From contig NIVC01002550.1 of the NCBI GenBank assembly GCA_002269645.1, positions 1 through 64,000 of the forward strand: 64,000 nucleotides of DNA, read 5' to 3'. Position numbers and translations under genes: made by a program. Position 1 is the first letter of the stretch, and each line of letters opens with the position of its first letter. Below, one piece after another: positions 1-11,159 of this stretch. The notes under the pieces were generated by a model, which did no database searches, was not told the DNA's origin, and was given only the letters and a program-made list of their open reading frames with translations. This DNA is from Macrostomum lignano (Eukaryota).

Positions 1-1108
1 TTTGCACATGCGCTCATTTCATGCGTTGATGAGTCGACGAATGTCACTATCAGGGATATATCATTTTGCTTTAACGCTAAATTTATATATTTTTTTTATT
101 TACTATTAATAAAGCATTAAACAGACCTATTCAGCGGTGCAAGCCACTGCTGTAACATTTTTTTTTTGTTAAATAGGCTCAGCTTGGCTAGGCTAGGCTA
201 GGGCCCTAGGGGCAGCGGGCAGGCAGGGGCTTAATTAAATAACTAAGACCAGCCTTTTGGCTTTTCATTTTCCATATAAAATAAACTATATAGGCCTAAG
301 GCTATTTTAACAAATATTTACTATGTCTAACAATATACTCAAGCTCTTTCTAACCTATTTTATCCATGTTAGGGCCTAAGCCTTTTTATATATGATATGT
401 ATAGGCCATGGCCCATGGGACCAGGGTTTTATATAAAAAGAACTTTATCAATAAAAATGAGAAATACCTGATAAAAATAAGAACTCTGTCTGCATGTCTA
501 TAGATGTAGAAATTACTTCTCTATATATGCCTATATTTTAATAGTCAAGCCACATGGCCTTAACCTATGATGGTTTCCATGCTTTTTGATGCTCATGCTT
601 TCTAGTGCCCAAGCATTTCAGCATCGTAGATTGATTTTCAGTACCATGCCCTAGATAATATGCCTAAAAGATAAAGTAGGCCTAATATAATATAATAACA
701 ATATAATAAATTTTCTACAAAACATTTTCTTTTTCTAATAAAAGTAGTATTTATTTGTTAAACTGGTATGTTTCTTTAATTAAAAAAAAATCCAGTTAGT
801 TTGAATTGTATTTGCTATATATGATCCATGCATACAGGGCTGTACTTAAGATATATATTAAGAAGACTTAGGTAACATGATATTGATAACCACCAAAATG
901 CTATAGCACTGTGATTGATGAGAGACAGCAGATAAACAATACTTGTAGAAATGCTTATATATTGCAGTGACCTAAATAATCATATATTACCATATAGTAA
1001 TACAAAGATAGTGTCTTATAATTAATGTAGAATAATTATTTAAAAAAGTAGGCCCCTATCACAATGTTTTTAAAAGCCTTAAAAAATCCAGTAAGGCATA
1101 GCTATAGT

Positions 1109-1280
1109 CATGCTTGGGTACAACCTAGGGATTCACCCAGCTGTTTCTGTTGGCAAGACACACACATAAGTCACTATTGGATAGAATAGTAGTCACATGA
1201 CTGCTCTCAGCCAATAGCAACTTGCATATGTGTGTTGCCAATAGAAATAGCCAAGTGAATCCCAAGGTTATGCATATATG
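1109..1280. mobile_element. hAT-type MITE (palindromic family B), CpG-decayed copy
   Basis: 8-bp TSD gctatagt at 1101-1108 and 1281-1288; internal arms are inverted; homologous to 13739-13918. Confidence 0.8.
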
Positions 1281-2127
1281 GCTATAGTGGCAAGTTCATA
1301 GCTCTTATAGCGATAGAAAACCAAAAAAACTTTAAATGTGGTACTATTGTGCAACACACTGAAAAAAAACTTTTCTAACTCTGTTGCATGCCATGCATAC
1401 GGTACTAAACTGCCTGGGACCTTGTTGCACATAAGAATTTTCCCCACAAAATAGCATCTTTGGGAGTATGGGCTTTAGGCTCTGTTCACAAGTTTTTTCA
1501 ACAACAATAACATTAGTCTATAAGTACCATATGCATATAGCTGCATATACATTGTTATACACACCTAAAATCTCTGAGGTAGGCCTTATTTTAGCATTGT
1601 TCGTTCCTAGAAAGTAGTATATTTGAAACTAGACTATTTTGTTTTAATACGTATAATATTAGTAATATTGTAAATATTTTAAATATTATGAAATTTTATT
1701 TGTTTAAAAGACCAAATCGAGAGGAGTATAAATACACAAGCCGAATAAGAAGGAGAGCAACTTGTGCAACTTGTGCTTCGCTGGCTTCAAGCCTAAAACT
1801 GTTCTAGTATATTGCTTGATACTCACTGACTTAGTTATTTTAGAAAGCATCAGAAGCCCCAAGATTGGGAGAGTTCAACCCGTTCTCAGTGAACGAGACA
1901 ACTAGATCTAGGATAGGATCTGAGAAATCGCCTTTAGGAGGCAGAGATCCTACCACAGGGTAGAGAAACCCAGACTCAGAGTCGGAGAAACCCGCCTCAG
2001 GGCAGAATACCCAGCAAAGTACGCTGTGACCCTCTGATCCCGGGAACGCCCAGGACTGAGAATAATACCTTTAGAGGAGTATAGGAATAGAATAGACAGT
2101 GCCTAGAAGACTGCTCAGGCCAGAAAG

Positions 2128-2262
2128 TGCAGTAAAAGTACATATGCTACCAGTAAAAAGTACAGACGCTACCAATAAGAGTACATACGCTAGCAGTAAA
2201 AAGTACAGATGCTACCAATAAGAGTACAAACGCTACCAATAGAAGTACATACGCTACTAGGA
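2128..2262. repeat. Degenerate 22-23 bp tandem repeat, about 6 copies
   Basis: Recurring agtaca(t/g)a(c/t)gctaccaataag / cagtaaaa units. Confidence 0.7.
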
Positions 2263-2714
2263 AAAGACAGGTAATAACCAGCAATATTAACAAGAAGGAA
2301 TAACCCCTGTAACAGCTTGGTGGCAGCTAGTAAGGCTGGCAAAAGAATAATTAAGAGCCCTGGGACATCTCCATATAATCTGCCAATACCTTCAGTTTTG
2401 TATCCCTGCTTGCCCTAGTCTTCTTACTAGCCTGCATGCTTAAAAGATTAATAAATCAAAGCAAGACAAATAGGTGATGATTTTCACCTAACTAGCTTGG
2501 CTGTAGATACTACTACTTCAGAATGAATGATTGAATTATTGCAACTGAGATCAGGACCCCAATGGTCAATCTTGGGATTTTACAATCTTAGACAATTGTG
2601 ATTCCAGGATTTAGAATCCTGTGATTTTGGCCTAATCTAGAGATTGTATTCCATACTAATTGGTACTACATCTATATCTTTTTAGGCATTTTTGCTATTT
2701 ACCTTGGCTGGGAT

Positions 2715-2988
2715 CATACATGCGCAACAGTCGGCCGAGTCGGGCGATCTGGCCAACCAATTTGGCAGCCAACCAAGGAAGTTGCAAAAATGCCCACCTG
2801 AATAAATACCCAAGTAGTACTAAGTGGATGACGAGGCATGTTGCCTCAATAAGACAGTCATAGTTACTCCTGCCGTTTACCCAAAGTTGCGTTAATTTTG
2901 CTTTAGGATTTTTTTTATATGTAAGTCACATTTTTGGCCAAAAACCAAGTTGCACAGCCGACTGAATTTTGGAGGTTGCGCATGTATG
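2715..2988 (+). mobile_element. hAT-type MITE (family A), complete
   Basis: 14-bp TIR catacatgcgcaac...gttgcgcatgtatg; 8-bp TSD gctgggat (2707-2714, 2989-2996); related copies at 21907 and 24368. Confidence 0.88.
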
Positions 2989-3290
2989 GCTGGGATCCTT
3001 ATCATACTAGCTAGATCAGCCAGATATTAAGCATATAAGTATTTATGGTTTTAGTATTCAAATATTCTTAAGTCAAACAAGTTGAGTTGATATTGTTATT
3101 TGCAAATATTGTTGTATTAGTGAATTACAATGCAAATAATGCTTTTAAAGTGAAAAAAGTATTTAAATAGAGAGAGGCCTCATTGAAACAAGTTGCAAAA
3201 GCAAATTTAACAAATTTTAAAATAAATTATAAGTTGTAAAAGTTCAATTCTCATTGTCAACCTTGTCATCCTGCATAATTTGTGTCCAGA

Positions 3291-4113
3291 TGAGAGGCGT
3301 CCAGAAAGTAGTGTTACTATTACTTAGTGTAAACATATGGAAAGTTGCATTTGCATGAGTTTGATGTCATTTGAAAGTGGCAAGTCTCTTCTTTAAAATG
3401 ATACCAATTGCAAGAGATTTGAATTTGTGCTTCAAGAGATATGGATAGTTGAGTAGAGAAAGGTCGGTCATAGACTTACAATCTGTGTCTGCAGAAAACT
3501 TTTATTAATCACTCCAAGAAGATCCAAACAACACAACAAAAGTACAGTTAAAAACAAGTGATAACAGGTGATAACAGGAAAAATTGTTATACAAGCAAAC
3601 AACGTTAAAATCACTCATTGGTTGGCAGAGTTGTCTTCTCAACGTAGTCACCACCAGACATGACGCACTTCTCCCATTGGTCTTGCATCTTGTCGATGGC
3701 ATCTGCATAGAGTTCTCAAAATCTGGTGCAGCTGGACCCTCCTAACCTTGCTCTCTAATTGATCGCGACTGTTATGGACTTAGCATAGCAACTGCAGTCT
3801 TAGTTTTCTAAGGCAGCCCCTCTCATTTACTGCATCAAATTTGGCCATAGACAGTTTATGCATGTGAGAAAAATCGATAAAAATTCAAGCTGAATGCTAT
3901 TTTTAGCTTAAATTTTAGCTTGTGTAAGTCTATGACCAACCTTTCTCTACTTAACTATCCATATCTCTTTAAGCACATATTCAAATCTCTTGCAATTAGT
4001 GTCATTTTAAAGAAGAGACAGTTAGAGACTTGCCACTTTCAAATGGCATGCAAGTGCAACTTTCTATACCTCCACACTAAGTAACAGTAACACTACTTTC
4101 TGGACACCCCTTG
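3291..4113 (-). mobile_element. Internally deleted mariner element with long TIRs and transposase C-terminal remnant
   Basis: About 195-bp inverted arms (tgagaggcgtccagaaagtagtg...cactactttctggacaccccttg|ta). Minus strand 3611-3715 reads ELYADAIDKMQDQWEKCVMSGGDYVEKTTLPTNE*, matching the mariner C-terminal WEKC..GDYVEK motif. Confidence 0.85.
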
Positions 4114-4873
4114 TAGTATATTTAATTGCATATAGATTTCTTCTAGTTCTAAGCATTACCAAGATTAGAGGGTCATGACCTTCTTAGTACTTTATATTTA
4201 TTCTCCAAGATTTATATTAGATGTGTAGCCAAGGGGGCAGGACAGTAAGTACAAGTCCCCCCTGGGAAGGGAGGTTATTGCCTTTGTATTTTGCTTCTAT
4301 TGCTTCCATTGGAGATAGATTTTTGTCTCTGTCCTCCCCCCTTGACATGAATCCTATCTAGGTTAAGTGGTTAAAAACCTATAAATAGTGGAAGTGGAAA
4401 AAGTTATCTTCTGGTAGAGAATTGTATCTATTTATGCTAAAGTCTGGCTCAATTTGAACAAAAAATAACTACAAATATTATTTTAAGAAATATGCAAAAT
4501 AAAAATATTTGTTGCATAGTTGCCTACAAGTTTATTTTTCAAAAAAGGCTTTCCACTTCAAGAACCAGGCTTAGACAAGATGTCATAAATAAGCCTTAAG
4601 TACCTTAAATACTTTCTGTCAATAATTGTATGGCACATTAAAGGCTCTTATTTTATTTGAAGCAGAAACTTTAATTTCTAATGATATTTTTTTTACCAAA
4701 TAGCCTTTAGGATTTGATCATAAATTTTAGTTTACACATTGTTAGTTCTGGACTAATGCTATTTAGTATTAAGCTACAAAGCTGATCTTGAATTTCTACT
4801 ATATCAAAAGATCAGCAGTAGTATGTAGTGCATTTTTGCTACGATGTTAATAAGCATTATTGTTCCTTTAAAA

Positions 4874-5181
4874 CAGGGGTTGGCAAAATTTTTTACCTCC
4901 AAGGCCAGATAGAGAATCTAGTGCATGACTGTAGGCCAAAGAAGGGGAAGAGATAAGAGGGTCACAGAAAATAGAGGAGGGATAAAGAAAAGTAGAGGCA
5001 AAGAAAGAATATAGCTAGCCTCAGAGAGGAAAGGAGAGAAGAGAAAAGAAATTATTTGAGAGAAAAGAGCAGAGAAGAAGCACAAAACTTAAGTGGGCTG
5101 AATTGCAATTGTGAAGTTTCAAAGGACCTGGGGGCCAAATTGAGATGCTATGCAGGCTGGACTTGAGTTTGCCGACCCCAG
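4874..5181. mobile_element. Probable hAT/Charlie-like MITE
   Basis: Ends caggggttggcaaa...tttgccgaccccag; the TSD matches only partly (ctttaaaa / ctttcgga). Confidence 0.5.
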
Positions 5182-6246
5182 CTTTCGGATTTTTAGGAAG
5201 ACTAAGTTCCTGATATTCTACGAGTAGTATAACTGAAGTTTGTGCGCTAAACCAACAAAAAGGGTAACTAAACAGCATAGGCCAAGGATTTACTACTTTT
5301 ATGCTCAGTCGCTTGAGTTATAGCTAGCTTTGCATGGTTAGACAGTGGAGAACTTGTTGGGGTTAATCTTGCCAAGTGTATGATCAAGTGCTCAAGATAT
5401 GGTTGGGGATGAGACTCGAACTGAAGTTACAAGCATCCATATGCTTCTGTTTTAATGCCAATTTAAAACTTTTCTGACAGGATGGTTTATAAAAAATTCT
5501 CAGAGACTAATTGCTAGCTACGCCGCTGACTCACTTCATCACGAGAAGTATTTTCCTCTCTTTCTCTCTCTCTCCTACCCGGCGTTGACGGGCTTAAGTC
5601 AAATTATTAGACAGAGCCGATGGCCCAGAGCTGTGCATGGGATGGCAGAGAAAAAAACGCTGACCAGAAATTGCCTGTTCAGACTGACGCTTTTCTAGAG
5701 CAATGGCTAGCTGTGGCAATTTTTCTCATTAAATATGCGCAGTCATCCAAGCGATGAGTTAAAAAAGCTCTTAGTGTTGTTGATGCGTGGCTCAACCTGC
5801 AGGCGCATACAGCCAGCAGAAACTGTTGAAGAGACGCTTGGCGCCCGTATGCGAAGAAGAAGGCAGGTGCGGTCGGGGGCGGGCAGCTTTTTGTTTGCAA
5901 CCGATGGGAACTGGAAGTTTATTGTTTAAAAGAGTTGAGCTACTGACTCTAGAATCAAGCTATTGGAATTGGTTAGTAAGTTGCTAAGCAGGTACAGTCT
6001 GATGCACATTCGCATGGGTCTGAGAGCCAGAGCCACTCCTAGCTCAGTAAACTCCATCTTATTATCCAAATATGGTTTGAAAAACGCCCACCCGTTTATT
6101 GGATGGGCATAGAGGCAATCATTGGCCGGAGCTCAAGCAAAAAATGATCGTCAGCTTCTCCCTCTGCTTTTTTAGCCTCCACGCATCAATAAATAAGCGA
6201 CGAAATGAAAACATTTTTGATCCGTTAGGAAAATAAAGCGAACGAG

Positions 6247-8044
6247 ATGACAGAACTAATAATGGAGCCAACTGAGAAGCTGCAAGAACAGCTACATCAA
6301 CAAGTAACGATACTATCACCAAAGCCTCGCAAGAAGAGCCACTTTTGTAACAAGTGCGGCAAATCATTTGTATCGTCTCGCAATCTTGAAAGGCACCAGC
6401 TAAGCGTGAAAGGGCGCTGCAGATACTCTGCCGCTATAGCCAGCGTTATGGATGCCAGTAGCAGCTCATCCAGCAGCGCGTTTAACATTGAAAGTCTACC
6501 AGCCGACATGTTGGCTAGTGCTTCGCCATTCTTTATTAACTGCTTCGGTCGCTACCAGTTCAACACCAACTCAGCGAAGCAGTCTGTCAATTGTCCGTTC
6601 TGTCTAGTGCACAAAACTAGCATACAGGGCCTGTCGAAGCATTGCTTCGTCAATCACAAGTCGCAGTACATGGATTGGAAAAGCGGCGCCTATGGTAAGG
6701 TACAGCTGCGCTGGATTCCGCCGGATGAGCATCTGGTTAACAAAGTGCTGCAAGCCCTCAAAGATGCCGGCCTGCTGGATAAAGATATACCACTGGCTGA
6801 TATTTACACATTTGTTCCACGAGAGCAGATACAGTCCTCTTCTAGTGCCAGAAGCAGACCGAAAAAATTCTATAAACAATCTAAAAAAGTACTTTTCAAA
6901 GATCTGCCAGCTAAAAGTGCCAATTGGCGCAAAATTCGTGCCGCCGCTGCTATGGAAACGGCGTCCGCGTGGTCGCCACCAACTGCACCAAATGTTCAGG
7001 TGCTGCCGCCGCCTCCGCCTCTGGTTGACTGTAGAAATTTGACCGCGGCTGTTGCCGACAACCCCGCTGCTACTGCTGCGGTCGAGTCGTCGTCCCTAAG
7101 CTCTGTTGAGGCCATGGTTAACAGTATTGCTGCTCCGTCAAATGAAGACTTTCACCATCTAAGGCATCAAATTGGCCACGATTCAAATTATTATTATAAT
7201 CCACCACAGCATCTGGATGCCTATCATGCTCCAAGTCATTGTAGTCGTCCTGTGATGCCGGAAGAATTTCTTAGCCAAGTTCAGCACCATCCTTCGTATT
7301 ACACTGGCGACATTGGCGATCAGTGGCAGCCGGCGCCGCTGCAGGTCCAGCAGCCACAGTCGCCCTCTTCTTTTAACTACAATTATGCCAACCAGCACCA
7401 GTCTGTTCCGTATGGTGGAATGCGCTCGGCGTTCGTTCCGCCTCAACCTCCGCCGCAACAGACACCGCTGTACGATTACGAATATTGTCAAGGATCCAGA
7501 GTGAGTGCTGATTTTAAGAGTTACACAAACCGGCGAGAGGCATTACTGCCCATTCCGCCGACTCCCCTGAGCAGGCACACAAGCGCGCGGATACGTACGC
7601 AGTCATACGCACAGGCACACACTCACACAGGAGTGTACACCGGCCCTAACTTTATATTATCGTTAGGCATGTACACTTCACTGTGCTTTGGGGGGTTGGC
7701 CTTCAAGGCCGTTAATTGCACGAGCCCTAAATTAATTAGATTGCACTTGAAATCGAGCCTGGGAGCCGCTGGCACATCAGAGCCCCGCGCTGGACCACTG
7801 GGCTACGCCCTCCCCCTAGTCAGTCATGCCTATTCCATGACACGTACACGAATACGTAGGCAGGCAAGAGCTCAGGGTGTACATGGCCCTGACTTTCATA
7901 ACTTTCATTACATTATATTTGTAAAAATCCATCATTTACCTGCAGGCGTTCGGGTTTTGTCCGCCTCAGAAACCGCCACAGCTGAAGTTTCCGTCTGGTG
8001 CCAATCTGCCGCCGTATCCGCTGCAGCTCGGCAAACGCTACTGA
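6247..8044 (+). CDS. C2H2-type zinc-finger protein with Pro/Gln/Tyr-rich C-terminus, about 450 aa; exons 6247-7500 and 7946-8044
   Basis: Motifs FCNKCGKSFVSSRNLERH and CPFC-x12-H-x4-H. Donor GTGAGT at 7501 (phase 0); acceptor tttacctgcag at 7945 gives the in-frame terminal exon AFGFCPPQKPPQLKFPSGANLPPYPLQLGKRY*. The 624-aa ORF in the track reads through the SINE-containing intron. Confidence 0.72.
7521..7816 (-). mobile_element. tRNA-derived SINE, full-length, about 295 bp
   Basis: Minus strand begins gggggagggcgTAGCCCAGTGGtcc (A box) ... GGCTCGATTTC (B-box-like); body nearly identical to 8735-8994. Confidence 0.75.
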
Positions 8045-8734
8045 CCAGCTTGTTGTCTACTTTATTTACACAGAACTCTTTGAACGGTTTTTATAAGTTG
8101 TTTTGCTCTACAATCTTTTAGACTGCTGTGCCTTTTTAATAGATATTAACTTCAATATTGTTTTCCTACTTAAATTTCTGTTTGTGCCGAATCTGTCCTG
8201 ACTCCTGATAATTTTTTCTTGCATTGTTTCATAAATAATAACCAACTAATTTATTTATGCGATTTAATATACCATAAAAACATCATGATGGTATACAAAA
8301 TTAATCATTTTTCTGAAAAACAGCTGAATGACTTTATAAAACAGTTTTTTTTTTCATTCGATTCACGTATTCTAAGTCAGGTTCACTGTACAGTACACCC
8401 CGTGTAAGTGATTTTGTCTAAACACGATATAAAAATGAAAAGAATGAGAGAAAAAACAGCCCAATGGACAGTTTAAGTCAGAGTACGTTTAACTAAACCG
8501 AAAAACAGTCGAAACCTGCTAACCTCGGAATACGCTGAGCTCATGCTCACCCCCCCCCCCTTTGCTAGTTGAACATTTAAAGTGGGTTTCTAAAGTTTGA
8601 TGTGGCTTCTAGGTTTTACCGAACAAAATACATTGCAGAGATTGGAGGTTTTCATTTCTTCAGCACAAAAGGTCATCTTTTTGACATGTCTTGCCTCTTC
8701 TTATATAGCTGTATTGATTGATTGATTGATTGAT

Positions 8735-8994
8735 TGATGTGTCAGCGGCCCGCGGGCTCGATTCCAAGTGCAGTCACATTAATTTCGAGTCTGCTCGTCA
8801 ATTAACGCCCTTGAGGGCCAACCCCCAAGGCGCAGTGAAGTGTACATGCCTAACGATAATATAAAGTTTGGGTCGATGTACACTCCTGTGTGAGTGTGTG
8901 CCTGTGCGTATGACTGCGTACGTATCCGCGCGCTTGTGTGCCTGCTCAGGGGAGTCGGCGGAATGGGCAGTAATGCCTCTCGCCGGTTGTGTGA
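8735..8994 (+). mobile_element. 5'-truncated copy of the same tRNA-derived SINE
   Basis: Reverse-complement match to about 7521-7780; retains ggctcgattcc; preceded by a (GATT)n microsatellite. Confidence 0.78.
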
Positions 8995-9019
8995 CAATGT
9001 CGCTTGGAGTGTGCCAGCT

Positions 9020-9363
9020 GGGGGGGGGCATCACAAACCCGAAAAATCACAACTCCGAAAAGAGCTTTCCATCATAAACCCGTAATAGCACAGACCCGAA
9101 ATATCATAACTACGAAAAAATAGCATTGCCCATCATAAACCCGAAATATCATAACTTCAAAGTTCTAGCAATGTCCAACACTATTTTGGTTATGATATTT
9201 CGGGTTTGTGATATTTCAGGTTTATGTTGTGCGTTGCTAACGCTTTCGGAGTTGTGATATGTCGGGTTTGTGATGGGCAATGCTATTTTGGTTTTCGGAG
9301 TTGTGATATTTCGGGTTTGTAACATTTCGGATTTATGATATTTCGGGTTTATGATGGCGACCC
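9020..9363. mobile_element. Foldback/Mutator-like MITE with subterminal tandem repeats
   Basis: Left half repeats cataaacccgaaatatcacaactccgaaa, right half carries the inverted units; ggg...ccc termini; TSD tgccagct at 9012-9019 and 9364-9371. Confidence 0.72.
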
Positions 9364-9543
9364 TGCCAGCTAACTAACCATAATGAATTTTTCGGTAAAA
9401 CCTGTCTCCTAAAATGTTTTTAAGAAGCGTAGGTTCCCATTCTTCTACTTAAGTAGTCCTTGACGCAGTCTCGAGAACGTCATAAGCTTACTATCAGCTC
9501 TTACAACTGTTAAGAAACAAATGCAAGGCAACAAAAATTTCAG

Positions 9544-10062
9544 GATCGCGAAGAGATTCCAGAGGATGAGGACTTTGATGAAGATGTAGACGAGGAGACT
9601 GAGCTTGCCGAAGGCGGTGCAGCTGCCATCAGTAAAGGCGCTGATGGCACAGCGGAGACGCCGCCAGCTCCGCACTACGATCCAGATGCTGACGCAGCTG
9701 ACCAGCAGTGGGTTGATCGGCTGCGCGGTACCGCCTTGTCGGGCGCTGGCCGGTCCACAGACGCGGTGCTCAACTGCCCAGCCTGCATGTCGTTAGTCTG
9801 TCTCGATTGTCAACGCCACGTTCGCTACAAGAATCAGTACAGAGCCATGTTCGTTACCAATTGTTGCGTCAATACGAATGAAACTTTAAATGCCACCGAT
9901 GCTACCTCTCTGGGCGATGGAGGCGGCAGTAGGAATAGTGGAACAACAAATCACGAAGAAGTTTACCACCCTGTGCGGTGTTCGGTATGCGGCACAGTGG
10001 TTGCCGTGCAAGATTCCGACGAAGTGTTTCATTTTTTTCATGTACTGGCTAGTCACGGATAG
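9544..10062 (+). CDS. EAPP: E2F-associated phosphoprotein, main/last exon (first exon uncertain; candidate micro-exon MNFS 9383-9394)
   Basis: Acceptor tttcag at 9543. One frame gives [15 protein letters not shown]...[33 protein letters not shown]...[31 protein letters not shown], the conserved EAPP domain. Confidence 0.88.
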   Translation, partial: DREEIPEDEDFDEDVDEETELAEGGAAAISKGADGTAETPPAPHYDPDADAADQQWVDRLRGTALSGAGRSTDAVLNCPACMSLVCLDCQRHVRYKNQYRAMFVTNCCVNTNETLNATDATSLGDGGGSRNSGTTNHEEVYHPVRCSVCGTVVAVQDSDEVFHFFHVLASHG

Positions 10063-10202
10063 AATGGCATAACTGGAATTTTTATCTTTTATGAACCCGA
10101 ACGGGGAGTCGCCTATTGTTATTCATCTTTTAAAGGTAAAAGTAGAGAAAAATTCTGCGTTGCAGAAACAAGAAGTGAGTTTTTTTCAGTTTTTTATTTT
10201 AA

Positions 10203-10750
10203 TCCCAGTTCCCGAGCGTCACTTCCTGATCCCTAGTTCCCGGGTGTTACTTCCTGATCCCCAGTTCCCGAGCGTCACTTCCTGATCCCTACTTTCAGTT
10301 CCCGAGTGTTACTTCCTGATCCCCAGTTCCCGAGCGTCACTTCCTGATCCCTACTTTCAGTTCCCGAGTGTTACTTCCTGATCCCCAGTTCCCGAGCGTC
10401 ACTTCCTGATCCCTACTTCCAGTGCCCCAGTGTCACTTCCTGATCCCTACTTCCATTGCCCCAGTGTCACTTCCTGATCCCTACTTCCAGTGCCCGAGTG
10501 TCACTTCCTGATCCCTACTTCCAGTGCCCGAGTGTCACTTCCTGATCCCTACTTTCAGTTCCCGAGTGTCACTTCCTGATCCCTACTTTCAGTTCCCTAA
10601 CGTCACTTCCTGATCCCTACTTCCAGTGCCCCAGTGTCACTTCCTGATCCCTACTTTCAGTGCCCGAGTGTCACTTCCTGATCCCTACTTCCAGTGCCCG
10701 AGTGTCACTTCCTGATCCCTACTTTCAGTTCCCGAGTGTCACTTCCTGAT
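10203..10750. repeat. Minisatellite, mostly 34-bp units with shorter variants
   Basis: Unit cttcctgatccctacttccagtgcccgagtgtca; tgatcc recurs at 10441 and 10475. Confidence 0.92.
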
Positions 10751-11159
10751 CTCGAGTTTCACTTTATTATCCCCAATTCCCTAGCCTCGCTTTATGATCC
10801 TGGAACTTACTTAGTGGTTTTCGACGAAATCTGTACAAATTATTAATCTCTATGATAGCCATTGCTAAGTGTAAATATACCGCTTGATTTTGGTAGTGTC
10901 TGCATTAACAAAGCGAAAGACTGGAATTAACGATGTAATTAATTGTTGTTTTTTGTTTGTTTTCAGGCTCGTAGTTTCTTTTTTCAATAAGAGTTTCGCG
11001 CCAACAAAAATGTAGAAATTTTCTGTTTACCAAAATTGGATTAAGACACTGTAGCTAGAAATAATTTTAACAAAATTTGGCTATAAATTTTGTCACCCTC
11101 TCTCTCTTGAGAACTGTCGGGTTGATTTCGCTTAGCTCTGGGGAAATCTTGAATAGCTT

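Noticed and set aside
4225-4345. Short inverted-end element (aagggggcaggacag...ctgtcctccccctt)
   Set aside because: Too decayed to classify; no TSD.
7501-8121. C-terminal ~200 aa of the 624-aa ORF
   Set aside because: Read-through into an intron containing an antisense SINE; the same peptide appears in ORF 8779-8997 from the second SINE copy.
6247-10062. In-frame zinc-finger/EAPP fusion (donor 7501 and acceptor 9543 are both phase 0)
   Set aside because: A nearer good acceptor at 7945 gives a compositionally matching terminal exon with a stop at 8044.
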